DNA of 64,000 bases from Antedon mediterranea (taxonomy: Eukaryota; Animalia; Echinodermata): the NCBI RefSeq assembly GCF_964355755.1, contig NC_092674.1, positions 23,312,001-23,376,000 of the forward strand, written 5' to 3'. Of the stretch, positions 1 to 14,900 are shown piece by piece. Numbering within the stretch: the stretch's first letter is position 1; each line of letters begins with the position of its first letter. A program made the translations under genes and the position numbers. The notes below the pieces were generated by a model, which saw only the letters and a program-made list of their open reading frames with translations, ran no database searches and had not been told where the DNA came from.

Positions 1-191
1 TTTCTTTAGAGATTGTTGAATTACTACTTACTGCAGGTTTGTTCATACAAAAAATGTAAATGTGGGGAAATCATGACTCGCAGCCTACTGGGCTAAATTG
101 CACGCAGGTGTGGACGACACATACATTAACTTTCTTCTTCTTTGTGTCATACAGCTTCCACTAAACAGCGCTTATTTAACTGATAGCATAA

Positions 192-310
192 AGCTCTATC
201 TACACTATCAAACTTCATGTGACAAAAAAAGTGTGATGTGCCCAAATATGGTAGCGATATGATATCATCGTTTTTTTTGTAACATCAAGTTTGGTAGTGT
301 AGACAGACAT
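192..310. mobile_element. PIF/Harbinger-type MITE, family A (degenerate copy)
   Basis: TIR agctctatctacactatcaaac / gtttggtagtgtagacaga, preceded by TAA; internal cccaaatatggtagcgatatg unit shared with other copies. Confidence 0.7.
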
Positions 311-3300
311 AAAGAATCTTTTTGTTGCGTTTTAGTAAGTATTAATTAAATTTTACAATTTACAATTTCAGTCGGAGGTTATTCGGGCATATGACACAAC
401 CAAGCAGCCACACAATGATGTCAGTTCGTGATGCTGGGTAACCCACATCAATTATATACTCAAAAGTGCACCAATTGGCACATAATCACTTGTGAGACGT
501 TGTAATTAATTCATGTAAAGAGAAATGTGAATTTGTTAAATACTGTAAAACTTATAACTGAAAACCAGTACTCTATCACAGTGTACTATTAAACCCTAAA
601 TGTATAATAAAAATGTACACCATGGAGAAACAAGTACATATATATATTTCTCCATTCTAATACTCATACAACACATTAAGGCTGTTACAATGCCATACCA
701 AGAAGTAAACGTTTGTACTACTTAATATTTAATTTAATTTTCAGTATTATAAAATATTTGTTTTATGTGTTTATTATTTAAATTATTATATAATGGCCAC
801 ATATTATATTAGTAAAAAATATAGTGACCAAATATTCTATTCGTAACCATATTATATAATTAACATAAGATAAAGTATAGTTTCAATGATGAGTTTTACA
901 GTATTCATATTTCCACATAACACAGTGTACAGCGTGTTTCCATGTGTGTCTCTGTTTCTTGTTGCCTCCATACACTTCGTATAAGCGCAAAGAACATACT
1001 AATATAACATTATTTTATTCTAAATGGTTGGTAAGAAAAATAATTATTTTAAAGATTTGAACTATGACCCTTAGTATTTAAAGGGTGTGCACCACGCCCA
1101 GAAAATCACAAAACTAATAGAATATCAATATGCAGATATTGATACAAGACTTTATGTTTTATTCAGAAAAGAAAATGGAATCTTAAACAGTACCCAACAA
1201 AGTGTTCCCATTTAAACAAGGTTGTCACTTGAATTAGGGCTGACACCGTTACAACACAATTTCTTCTTTGTCGTTTCACCAAACTTAACTTATATACAGC
1301 TGATTAACATAATATAGATATTTATTTTTCTAACCTATTCTGTGTGTTTTTGTGTAAACACATTAAATTTACCACAACTCACATATTAATTAATTAATTT
1401 TGTACTTATTTTTATGTTAATTTATGTTAATTAACTCCACCGATTTCAATATATTTTTTATATTACTTTATACCATGATGCACCCTGATTTTGTTCCGGT
1501 ATACATTATTAATATTTATGTACTTAGTTAAATAATATATTATATTGATAACTGAACAATAGGCTGATTAGATAACTTGCCTAAAATGAGTATTAAGTCT
1601 AACTAAAAATGCATTACAATTTTAATTATATTTTTAGTACTAAAGCAATTCATTATCGCATATCTATCATTGGTGGTCTTGTGGTATGGTACCTACCATA
1701 ATTAAATAGAGGCTTTGGTTCAACTCTATATAGATTGCTTCCAATTCAATAAAAAAAAAATTAGTTGGGAACAGAAATCATTAAATGTAAAGCTATTTAT
1801 TACCTCTCATTATTAATAATATTTTATTTCTAATAGTTTTATATAACATCTAAGTAGATTCTTTTCATTTGATTCAGATTGAATGAAAGGTACATTTGAT
1901 TGAAATTTAAAGTTATATTTATATTTTTTTTTAAATAATATCTAAAGAAGGTATTTACCATTTATTAATTTCATCGTTATTCAAAAGAGCAAAATTGTAA
2001 CCAGAATCCACCATTGTTAAGTGAAACCATGTCATTTTGGTCTTCCGGCTGGCTTTATAAAACAACACTCTCGAGAGCCAAGCATTGTTGTTATGTTGTT
2101 GTTAATGAAGGTTGCGTTGTCTGTTCTACCGCTGATTTAATATAAATACGCTTGTGAGCGTACAAATAGAGACACACAATCATCCAATCAAATAACAGGA
2201 GTCTATTTAGGTGTAATATAATTTGTTTTATGAGGTGTATGAAATGTACTTGTGTGCTAAAGATTATTGTGCAGTAGTTAGGATGACAATATATGTATAT
2301 AAGTTAGCACAATAGGAAGCATGATAATCAATCTACAAAATTAAAGAGAGAGACAAGGTAAGATATTAAATCCATCTCCCGAAATAGTAACAATGTTCTT
2401 TAAAAACACAGGTGTTTGTAAGGTTGGTTAGTATGCAAATTTATGTCAATAGAAATATTTACATACATAAGCAAGAAATGAACAGTATTTGGTATATGTT
2501 TTAAATTTATTTATTTATTTAATTATTTTTCACTTTAAATATGTGACATACCATATAATGTATGATATTATTTATATGTTTTTAATAATATCTGTAATTT
2601 TAAACAGCATGTACAGGCCAAATATGTAAAAATTATTTTAATTATGGAATACGTAATGCAATGTGTGTGTAGATCAATTTATATGTATATTGGAAAATAT
2701 TTTTAAAGGATAGTGTGTAGCAGTCTCAGTTGTTTGGATTTTTAAAAAGATTTATCTCCTCAGGAGTACGGTAAGATAAACAATTCAACAAGAATTAATT
2801 AATTAATTAATATAAATTATTGTTCTTTATTTCGAAATTATTCTTCTTCCTTTATTATGAACGCTGAAAAACATAATTACAAAAGAAAGAAAAGAAAATG
2901 TTATTGTTTTCAGAGTTTAGTCTTGTTTATTTCAAAGACAGGTCTCCAATTAGAGACCGCCATCTGTTTTGTGATCTTGTAAAATGAAAAGTTCACACAG
3001 ATGGATGAACTTTGACATGAAAAGATTTTTAATTTGGAGGGGAGTTATCTACCTGTACCACAAACAAGGGACAACAGTATTTAGTTTTCACCTGGTTATT
3101 CAAATTCAAGATTATCCAATTTATTTTTTCCAAATGTTTAAAATGGAAAATAAAATGAGTACACTTTATTTAAAATGAAATGAAATAAACTAATTTCAAT
3201 AACATAAACAAAATGATTCTTTTTGAAATGTTTACTCTTAACCACTATATTCTTGCCATTTCAGGACCACTAGCAATATTTTAATGAACAAGGTATCACC

Positions 3301-4502
3301 ACGAACTGTGCAAAGCTTTTATTCTTTTGTATTGTATATGTGCACAGCAGTAGCATGCAGGTTTTAATTTCAAGTATTATTGTATTACATTTACAATTAG
3401 CTTTAAATTTTATTAATTAATTTATACCACTGTGTTATACATGTATGCAATTAGTGCATTATAATTATTTTATTAAAGGAATGTAGCTCTTGTTTATTTC
3501 TAATAGTGGACCAATTTTTCAGTTTATTATTTGAACCAATTTGGAGAAACAGTTCCCCTTTTTCTGATAAAAAGGAACTCTGTGTATAAACAATCGTTTG
3601 TACCGGCTTGCTTGAGGAAAGATTTCTAAGGGTATAGCAAGGGACCAAATACAATGTCTTGTTTTTGGCTACTTAAGCACAAAAATGATTATTCATGTTG
3701 CATTGCAATGAAATTATTTTTAGAGGCTTTGAATGTAAAGCAAGTGTTTAGTAAGATATTAATAATACAGTACTTAAGTTTTAGTATTTATTATTTTAAT
3801 TTAAATAAAAGAAGTGCTGTAGCAGTATTAAGCTGATAAATGTAAATTGCTGTACGGCACTAAAGGTTCCCAAATGTGTCATGTTTTTGTGAGATTTAAT
3901 AGTTTCTATGGTCATTTTACTTGATTGTCACCAAAGTTAAAAGTGACTTTATGACGAATGTCTCTCAAAATTCAATCAATCAAAGAGAGTGTAGTGTAAA
4001 ATAATCTCACCCAATGGTTGATTGTTTAAAATAATTTTAATTTGAATAGGATGGAGTCGCCTTCCATTACATGGATTTTTCTTTGCTCTTTCATGATTTT
4101 CTTCAGTCTTAAAATATCAATCAATCAATATACATACATTATGCCTCAGTGAGACTTTATTCTAAATACTTGTTATTCTTCTAATATATTTGAAATCTGA
4201 TGAATGTATTTCATAAGATATTTTAAGTATGTTTAGTTTATTATGTTGGATATGTGCTGAAATCAAACAACTTTGAACATCGTAGATATGGATAAATAGA
4301 GGCTGTATTAGTTGTGTTTGTATGTTGAAATGTTCACCTTGTTATAGTGAACAATCACGGTTATTGTTAGATGAACAATATACTGTAAGAAAGAATGTTA
4401 TATTAAACAGTAGGTTGTCATGTTAATATTTGTCTTTATCGTGTAACTTGTATTAAGTTTTTCAAACTTTTGAAAACCAGACTTGCAAGAAAACTGCCTT
4501 AA

Positions 4503-4659
4503 AGTTCTGTCTACACTATCAAACTAGTTTGACATCAAAAGTGTGATGTGCCCAAATATGTTAGTGGAATGCCCAAATATGGTAGTGATAATTATCATGT
4601 TCATATATGGGCACATCACATTTTTTGTCAAATAAAGGTTGGTAGTGTAGACAAGGTCT
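4503..4659. mobile_element. Harbinger-type MITE, family A
   Basis: Same TIRs and internal 21-bp repeats as 12628-12772. Confidence 0.7.
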
Positions 4660-5034
4660 TTTGAAGAAACAGATTGAGGAATCCAGAAGACAAGGTGGTA
4701 GGACAAGATAATGTTCATTGACAAGGTCAAGATGAATCCTAAATGACTGTGAATAGGTAGAAGGTCAAAGTCATTTGCAAGTCACTACAGTGGCCGAAAA
4801 GTGAGTGGCCGAGTGTTTAAGACAGTTGAACCATATAAACTACATAGCCATAAAATGTTGTCAGCTTTAATTATTTGATACTACTACTTTTTGATATCTA
4901 TTTGTGACAGACTATATTATGTGTTAGCGCTTCCATGTTTATTTTATTTTTTTTATTTTTTATTTATTCATTTCCCAACCAACAGTGAGCTCATGGTTCA
5001 CCACTTACAGGAGGGAACATTATTAACTATTATA

Positions 5035-5195
5035 CAGGACACTGAGCTTGCCAAGATAGGAACGCAACAGTCCTTTGATCTTATGTCTGGCTGCAACAAA
5101 TACCAACAGTACTATGTACATATTCACAGTGGCGTGGAACTGTTCATGTCACAGCCACAGATAAACCCATAGATCTCCATAGTGCAGCATCCTGT
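5035..5195. repeat. Dispersed repeat of unknown class; second copy at ~41376-41557
   Basis: Shared cactgagcttgcc...cagtcctttgatcttatgtctggctgc...cagccacagataaac sequence. Confidence 0.65.
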
Positions 5196-5329
5196 TGTTA
5201 GATAGCCTTGATTTAATGTCCTACTATATACATATATATGTTATGGAAAATTTAAAAGTTTTCTACTATAAGGGATGCTACAATTACTACTGGAAACTAA
5301 CATATGAAACTGTTGGTTCTGAGACAAGT

Positions 5330-5912
5330 ATTATCAACAGACTCTTTGTACCTTACCTCTGAATCTGCCAATTAACGATGTCATTGATATTAATGCCCTC
5401 TCACACCACGAACTAACCCTCTAAATTTTCATACAGTCCAAGATCGCATACATCTACACAACTGGGCTGCCTCACTTACAGATCTGCAAATGGTCTTGCT
5501 CTGGAATACCTTGCCCTGCATCTGCCAGAATTCCAAATCATCGATGTACCCGTCGGTGTCACTGAAAGGAGATTTGTCGCCCCTTTCACTAAAACCAAAA
5601 CTTTTAAGAACAGCTTTATCTATACAGCACCAACCTACCTGAATATGATACCCTCCAAACTAAGAAATGCGGTATCAATAAACAATTTTAAGTCTGCTCT
5701 AAAAAAATATTTAACTCCAAAAGAAAAACCTCAATGTTTTGTATAGTATATAGGCTATATATTTGTATTTATGTATATATTTTTTTTAAACATAGTCCAT
5801 CTGGTTTTTTTTTTCATATATGTTTTTTATAATGTTTATATGAGGGTCCCTTGATTGTCAGCATATGCTGTTTAGGGTTACCCTCATTAAATAAGGTTTA
5901 ATAAAATAAATT
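5330..5912 (+). mobile_element. Decayed 3' end of an L2/Crack/Daphne-type LINE
   Basis: Translates PFTKTKTFKNSFIYTAPTYLNMIPSKLRNAVSINNFKSALKKYL, resembling the ORF2 C-terminus of this clade; then hairpin gagggtccctt...agggttaccctc and an AATAAA-rich tail. Confidence 0.6.
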
Positions 5913-6344
5913 AATTCATTAATGACATAGTATTATAATATTCAACACAAAATTGAAAATCATATCTTTATATCTCACATCTCACTCTTGTCGCATTATT
6001 TAACTTATCTCACAAAAGAATACAATACTAGTGTTTTTTGTTTAGTTTATTTTTACTCACAACACTTAACATACATTCACGCAGCTATACATATACGGTA
6101 GGTTTATTTCACACATGCAGGTGGTGTCTTCTATCACACTAACCTAACACCTAACAAACACATAACGAATATATAAAAATAGGAAAAATTGTATTCTACG
6201 ACTACTTGTACTTTATGCAATACTTAATGCTTAAGGTAAATAATATGATATCACCTTTATTTAATGCCAATATTGTATTTAGAAATTCATGCCATTAATT
6301 AGATTTTTAAATTTATTATCTATCACCCTGTTATTAGTAATAAA

Positions 6345-6570
6345 AAAGTAAAAGGTGCAGTGTTCTCTGAACGTAGGGGAATGAGCTGTTAGGAGTTAGT
6401 TCATTGTACTAAGCCTCAGCATTATGTTGTAGGGTGGCCAGTTCCTTTCCACGCCACCTTTTTTCTCCCTATTATTTTCAACCAGGTACTCATTTACAGC
6501 TGAGTGGACTGGGAGTTGTCGGGAATTGAACCCGGGTCTATCTATATGACAGTCAAGTATCCAACTCCTA
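6345..6570 (-). mobile_element. tRNA-derived SINE with Deu/Nin-like core
   Basis: Reverse complement has B-box gggttcaattccc and ccagtccactcagctgtaaatgagtacctgg. Confidence 0.65.
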
Positions 6571-8656
6571 TTAGTAATAATGTAAGTTAATTCACTACAT
6601 AATGACCCCAGACAGTATCTGGCTATGTGAAATATCTATTTCTTCTTTGAGGGTTTTAAACAAAGCATGTAAAATCAACCATTTCTACATGCATAAAAAT
6701 AACCCCCTACATTGCTACTATCTGTACCAGGATGCCAACCACAAGAGGCCCAAGTGTTTAATCATGTACCTACCAAAGAAGATGGTTAGGTAAGTATTTT
6801 TTGATTATTTATAGAATAAAATGAATTTTTTACATTAGATAAATGATACAAAACCTTTTGTTGTTTTTATATAACCGAGACACTTCACTCAAAGTTAACT
6901 ACTGTAGTAAGAGAGTTTGATAAATTAAAGCTTGCAGTACACCAAAAATGGAAAGTTGAGAAAGTTATTTTGTTTATTTTACAGCCATCTCATGGAACAG
7001 CATAATGGGAATCTTTCAATTTACGACGACCGACAACCATCTAGGTCAGGTCTTTATGATTTGTTGTTCGTCGTCATTGCCTGGACATAGAAACCATCAA
7101 ACATATGTTGAGGTGAGGACACGCGTCCACATATTCCATCATGCGCACAATGAACTAACATGGCGTAGTTTGGTCGTCGGTCATTGCAAAGCCGAACCAA
7201 CAAGGCATTCTCAACTTTAGTTTATTTCCTTTTTGGAAACGCATGGTTTATGGCAAGCCTTATATATTTATTTTAGACTATCTATTACTCTTTACAGTAA
7301 AACACATTAACATTTACTAGTGTTAACTCGCCATGCAAGCTTTTAACAACAGTAGAGTCACAATATAATAATTTATATACACATATAAAACTGTATTGCT
7401 TGGATTGTTTTAAAAATAAAAACTCTATAGTACTTAACTACACAATATTACATGATTTATTTTTAAATTACAACTGCTTCTTTTTACAATGTTACATCAG
7501 CACACATGCATACATTTTTCAACACTGATGCTTATAACTGGGATTTCCTACACATATTTATCATCCACCTGAATGATACTTATAACTGAATAATATTCAC
7601 ACATATAATCTGGTATTTTATCTTAATTTCAAGATTTCTAACCTCGCAATCTCTACAAAAACCAGACAAAAATTCCTCAACAATCAATGTGAATTATCAA
7701 TTAACAATTCTATAATTTTAAATAAATTAAATAAAGTATCGTGCCACATGACTATCAGCTAAAAGAGGATCACATGATTCTATCAACCAATGTACAGGAG
7801 TTGGAATGGCACTTTTGTTGAATGTAAAGCTTGATTTCCACTAGTGATGCAACCTATACAATGTAAGAAAATGCCCTTCCAATAATTGTGTTTGACTCCG
7901 CCTGCATGAAACCAAACCTGTGTTTGCAGCACTATTGCATCGTCGGTTCCTACTTGAGATTACGCAATACGGCACCTTGCGTCAATATGTTGAACCATGC
8001 CTAACTGCTAAAGTGCAAATTCTACTTGCAGCAAATAGTAATACTAAATTTCCCTAAAGCATAACAATAAAATACCACTGCTACACAAACATAGAGGTAT
8101 AACACAGCTAAAGGGCTAACTAGGTAATGTGACCATCACCAGGACTCTTCAAAGTGGAATGCGCACAAAATGCAAAGGTCCATGATTTTGCACTCCTAAG
8201 GAGCAGTTACATTGGGGCTGCTCATACCCTGAGGGCACAATGTCAAATTGTCATATCTAATGATTGGCTGATGGTGGCTAGGTTTTTGAGCTGTGATATT
8301 ATAAAGTTGTCTCTCTAGTTGTTTATTACCTCTTGTAATTCATATTTTGAAGTATTTCCTCATTAAATATTATTACATGAATATTCTAATTTATATTGAT
8401 GAGTATTTGACATCTCTCTCTTCCCTGGTTGCATGCATTTTTAGTAATAGTTTTAATTATAATTAGTAGTGCCATTGCTTACCAGTATATACTAATTAAA
8501 TATTAGTACTTATAAATATTTACTGAACTAATGATTGTTTGATATTTAAATCTAGGTTAGTCAATAAGAAAATGTATTTTTTTAAATACTAAGTGACTAT
8601 AGAAATCAAATGACTTAGTAAAGCCAAATTGTTTACACCAATATTTACTAAATGAA

Positions 8657-8780
8657 TACAGTAGAACACCTATTTAGTGAACACCGTTGGGACCCAACAA
8701 ATTGTTTCCTTAATTGGTTATCTCTATTCAGGGGACACTACCAAAAAACCAAAATTGTCCCCTTAATAGGGGTTTTTACA
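8657..8780. mobile_element. Tc1/pogo-type MITE (degenerate); related pieces near 9925-10012, 39040-39110, 58215-58345, 61116-61205
   Basis: tacagtagaacacc start and repeated gtccccttaatagggg motif. Confidence 0.5.
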
Positions 8781-8977
8781 TGAATTAAATATTTAGCAGT
8801 CAATGTTTTACCAATGAAGATGATGAGAAGCATGTTTTTATACATTTTGTATTCTCTGAAGTTAAATAAAGGTGTTTCAAGATGATACATATTGTTCTTC
8901 TTCTCTTTCTCCATCTTCCAGAATAGTGTCTAGATGTCAACACTGCATCCATCTTTTAAATATTTCTCCAAGTATTA

Positions 8978-11900
8978 TCATTTGTTGGAAGCAGCCGAGA
9001 GTTGTTCAAGGTAGAGGGCAGTTGTAGACTGGGAGTGCACATTGAATGCCGGATATATGCTGGCTACTTGGACGACGCAAGCACCAGCCCGGCCTGTGTT
9101 TAATGGCGCAACCTAAGAAAAAACATTAACCGTAAGTTTTCTTTTTGAATATTTTTTCATACAAAAATGAGATTTACATCAGTTGCTATCAGCGCCATGC
9201 GTCTAGTGTAAATCAGTACAGTTGAGCATGCACCTAGTTTTCTGTGCTAATAGATAACCGAATAAAAGCACACAGTTTACCCAGGGTGGTTACCTTGACA
9301 ACAGTAGAAAACATTACACAAATGGTTTACCATGCCGATACTCTCATCCATCTATCATAAATACATATGAACCAATAATAGAAAATGATCTAGTAAGACA
9401 TTGGCACTGTGCCTAAAGATCTATCTACACTATCAAACTTTATGTGACAACAACAAATGTGATGTTCCCATATATGGACACGATGATGTCATATTACTAC
9501 CATATTTGGGCACATCAAACTTATTTTGTCAAACTAGCTCGATATAATAGTGTAGATAGAGCTTTATTTTCAGCAATTTCCTCCCACATCATAAATTCTA
9601 AATTTTCCACTTACTGTGTTCCATTTCTCCATCTGAGGGTCAAAGAACTCTACAGCATTTAGATACATAGCACCGTCATATCCACCAACTGCAAACAGTT
9701 TGTCACCAAGTACAGACACGCCTACAGCATCACGACACAAGTTCATTGGTGCGATCATAGACCATGTATCAGACCTCGGATCATATCTGAACAAAATTAA
9801 ATGAAAATACTAAAAATGTATGATCACCTTAAATGAAATACAAAGTAGGTATTGACCTCACTGGATTCCTGGACGACCAACAAAATGATAATAAAATAAA
9901 TAAAAATAATATACTTGGTAAACACAGTAAAACTTATAAACATGGGTAATAGTACCAATCCCTATTAAGGGGACACTTCCATATATATCCCCTTAATAGA
10001 GATTCTACTGTGTATGTAGTAATGTAGTTTTAATACTTGTTAAAAAACTATATATACTATATAATTATTATCAAAGAATTGGATACATTTTGTAATTACC
10101 TCTCAACACAGTCAAACTGCCTTGAACTTTGTTGGCTAGCTGGGGCATCATGACCCCCTACAGCATACAGACATCCATTGCACACAGCTACACCTAAGCC
10201 ACCTCTACGTTTAGACATCGGGGCGCACATGGTCCATCGATTAGTGTGAGGGTCATACACCTCAACAGATCGTAAACATGCACTGCCATCACGGCCCCCA
10301 ACTGCATACAACCTTTTGGGGAAAAATGTCATTGCAATAAATAATCTGTTTTCCTTATCTGTTTAGAATCTAGTTGTAAAAACAGTACCACATTAAATTA
10401 AAGGCAAAGTTATTTATGATCATCCTCAAGCAATTCGGATTAGGCCTTTACGGATCCATGGTAGATAGCAGTAGAGCGCCTACTCAAATCAGCACACCAG
10501 CGGGAATTTCCCTGCTCTTTTTGAACGCACGCCTGTTCTTTTGCACTGTATGTATACAGAACCAATAGCTTTACATCCCATCCAAAAGACGATGCAATGA
10601 GAGTAGAGCATCTTGCCTAAGGATACAATTAATATGACACACTAGTCCGATTCATATCTATAGCTAAAAAAGCTAGTTAATCAAAATAAAATTTCTACTT
10701 TTTGTCCAACACTGCTACTCCAACTGTACTTCTGGGTGTCGTCATTGGTGCCACGTAACTCCACTGCTTACTCTGTGGGTCATACCGCTCAACGGTTGCA
10801 AGGTAGCTCCAACCATCATGGCCACCAACAGCGTACATCGGTCCCTCTAACACGGTAACACCTATAAAAATAAATTATTTTCTCAAAATGAAATTAAAAC
10901 CACTTTTAAATTTATTGTTTTTAATTTATTTTCATACCTTAATACAATTATTTACAATTATTTTATATGACTGTATTTTTTTCAATATTTTACCTCATGC
11001 CTTTTATTGTTTTATTGCAGTTTTTACCATTATTTAAAGTTGATTTTGCTTGTAAAATTTTTCTTGTTGTCTTGTAGACATATTTTTGACAATGATTTTG
11101 ACCAAATAATTGATAATTAAGCATCCCTGGGATTATTGGCCTACCAAGCATCCCTGGAATTATTGATAACCAAGAATCCCTGGAATTAGTTGTAACAAAG
11201 CATGCCTGGGATTATTGGTAACCAAGCATCCCTGGGATTATTGGTAACCAAGCCTCCCTGAGATTATTGGCCTACCAAGCATCCCTGGGATTATTGATAA
11301 CCAAGTATCCCTGGAATTATTGGTAACCAGGCATCCCTGGGGTTATTCGTAACCAAGCATCCCTGGAATTATTGGTAACCAAGCATCCCTGGAATTATTA
11401 GTAACCAAGCATCCCTGGTCAATGCACTATATTACTTTAGTTCTTTACCTAAGCCATGTCGATGCGTGCCCATTACAGGCAACATACTCCATTCACGAGT
11501 CTTAGGATGGAAACATTCCACTGTGTTTAGAGTCTTTAGGCCGTCCCTTCCTCCAACAACATACAACTTATCTTCAATAACCGCCACACCAAACTGCAGG
11601 CGACGTCCACTCATGTGACCGACGTGCGTCCAAGTATTGGTACGGAGGTCATATTTCTCAATGCTTGTTGCACCTGAAGGGATTATTCAAATATTTAAAT
11701 ATTTTCATTTTAATAGCCTTGCAAATTTAGATTAAATTTATATGATTGGTTAATAGACAACAATTCTTGTTGGCAACAAGCATGTATACATGCATGCATG
11801 CATACATGCATGCATGCATCTGGATGGCCTGGCTTTGAAAGAAAATGATTAGGACTACATTTTGATATTCGCTTATTAACTCAGGGTGGGTTACACCTGG

Positions 11901-14900
11901 TTCAGTGTGCCATACAGATTTAAAAATTCTCCTATATTAATGAATATCATACAGTAATTGTGATGGGAAATATTTCACTCTATTGTTACAAACACAAACA
12001 TGATTTCATAATACTAACTTTATAACAAATATATAATTATTTTGTTATATCTACCGTAGTTTATATATTTTATTGTTTTTAACTAATTTTTGTTTATAAT
12101 TTATAGTTTTGTTAATGCACCTAAATCTGCTTAGGCCTATGGCTATTGCTTGCTCCTGGCAAGATTGTGCTTAATAATATGCCGAATAAATTGAAATATT
12201 ATACTGGGCAATCTCTTAAGTCAAAGACTGGTCTCCCAGAGGGCCCAGTTATGATGGGACGATATACGATGGTATGGCTACGTAATTACGGTTCCACTGT
12301 ATTAATATATTATTATTATAAATCGAAAAATCTATTTAGCATAAATTGCTCACCCTTGGTGCTATCCATACCACCAACTGCATACAATGTGCCAACGGTT
12401 GACTTGCGGGGTTTGGTTCTTGCTGACTGCATTACTGGGCGCCTCTCTGGTAATAGATGATATTTCATTGCCTCCATGATTAGGCGCTGGCAAGATTCTT
12501 CTCGTAGCAATGAATTATTATCAATTTTGTCCGTAATGAACTACGCAAATTAAAACATGAATATTTATTCAAAGAAAAAATAAAATAAATAGTTTTATCT
12601 TGAACTGACAAGCAAATGAATATTTAAAGCTCTGTCTACACTATCAAACTAGTTTGACAAAAAAGTGTGATGTCCCCAAATATGATAGTGATATGCCCAA
12701 ATATGGTAGCGATATGACATCATCATGTCCATTATGGGCATAATCTTTTGTCACGATAGTGTAGACAGAGCTTAATAGAGTCCACTCTCCCAATACCAGA
12801 CACCCATGGGCTAGCCCATCTCGTTTTCCAGATATTGTGGTATACTAAATGTTTATTAAAAGAGAGGACTGTAATTGTATCTCTAAATCTTTATTTAATT
12901 ATTTCACCTTTTTATTCATCTTTTAAAGTATGAAAACAAATTTCTAAAATCTTTCAATACAGTTTCTCATCTTACCTGCGGGGTAAGAAGCGGCATACGT
13001 ATATGGGCAAGTAGTTGGGCAACACAACTGTGTCTATTAGCTAGATCATGTCTAACCCAGGCCAACATGGCATGGTATACCATCTGTTCATTAGGCACGT
13101 TAAGGTCATCACTGCTCAGCAACTGACAAACTTCATCTGCACCTAGGATTAGAAACTCCTGGTTTTGGGTTACTTCAACAAAATGTTCCTGAAACAGAAA
13201 TATAATATAATTTATTTTAATTCATTTATTTTAGTTCTATATTTTATAAGCTGATCATTAGGGACAATTTATGTAAACAAATAATCACAGTTCTAAACCT
13301 TTCTGGGTTGTGTGGGCGTGTATCTCATTAATATTCATGAGGTTAAGTTAATTACTTTACAAATTTTAGGCCGTACAGCGAAACTAAAAACGGATCTTTA
13401 TGACGATTCTTGATCTTTTTTCTTATTTTACTCCTTGCAACTCTCTGATTGCTCTTGTTTTTACTGTTTTCAACTTTTTTCTAGATTGTGTAATAATTAC
13501 TATAGTACCTCTAACGTACCTAAATTGTGAATTTATTTGCATCGTATTAGTGTTTATTTTGTTGGAAAACTATTTGTAATTATTATTTAGGAGCTGATTT
13601 TCATCTATTTAATGAAATTGGTATTTATTTATTCCTTTTATAAGCATTTGCTTCTTGAATTTTCCCCTTTTCTTTGTTCAAATAAATATTTTTATTTGTT
13701 TCTGTCATATTGAAATGTTCATCAATCAAAGAAACTAAAAGAATTTGTCATTGTCGTTGTATAGGGCTGTATTAAATGCACAATCCAAAGTTAGGAACAA
13801 ATTTAATGTGTTGGTGTTGCTATGCAGTCTACTGATTGCCTAGTTTTTGTTATTCATAATATTTTTGTCACACTTAGAATAAAAATGTACAGAGTACAAT
13901 GTGTTGGGTTAGATATGTAGACATGATTATATACACAGTAGTTTTTAGATATGTAGATATGATTGTCTAGTTTAATATTATAGGCAACTATTAACACTAA
14001 TAGTGATACAGTTGCATGATGGTTAACAGGGTTGCCTTTCAAACTCTGAGCTATTCATTTCAACATAATATGTAGTAGATTTTCCTGTTGAGAGTAATAC
14101 CATAATTTATTACCATCCATTAAGGACTCTTAACTATTGTGAATAGTACTCTAAAAATAGGTTTTAAAATATTTGAATGCATTGCATTTTCCTGTTTATT
14201 TCGGAGAGACTGTATACACTTATTTTTTTTAAATTCATACGCATCCAACAGCGAGCACAAACTCGCCAATTACAGGATGGATAAACCATTTTCATAATTT
14301 ATCGTGCTTATAAACTAAATCTCATTTGAGGGTTAGGGAGTGGAGTTGAAAAAGTCGTTAGTTACAACCCTGGCCACTAAGTCAGGATTGAACCCCAGAC
14401 CATGGGATTGGAAGGCAAGCACGTTAACCACCAAGCTACAGCTCCACTACATCTCCATAATCTCCAATGGAACACCTCTGGTACCCAACAAAATGTCCCA
14501 GAGTGACTGTCCTCTAAAGAGAGACATGGCTGTAACTTATTAAAAATCCCTTGTTCGATTAAACAAGTGTTCCCTTACTTAAGGTTGTCCTTTGAATCGA
14601 TTTGTCCTGGAGGTTAGCTTTCATCAGTTGACCTTTTTTTTGCCTCTAATAATTGTTTTCTTTGTCTAATATTGTTCCTGTTTTTGCATCCTGTTGTAAT
14701 TTGTATAGTCTTTTTTTTAATATAAGCCTGTATGCAGTATTAGCCTTAAGCTTTGTCTGCACTATCAAACTTTATGTGCCCATATATGGATATGGTGATG
14801 TCATATCACTACCATATTTGACCATATCACTACCATATTTGGACACAATTTTTTTTTAATTTATTTTATTTTTATCACATTTGTTTTCCAACTAGAATAG

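Noticed and set aside
11119-11418. CRISPR-like regular repeats (also 47255-47625 and 56290-56665)
   Set aside because: Head-to-tail units without unique spacers, no cas genes, eukaryotic context: these are minisatellites.
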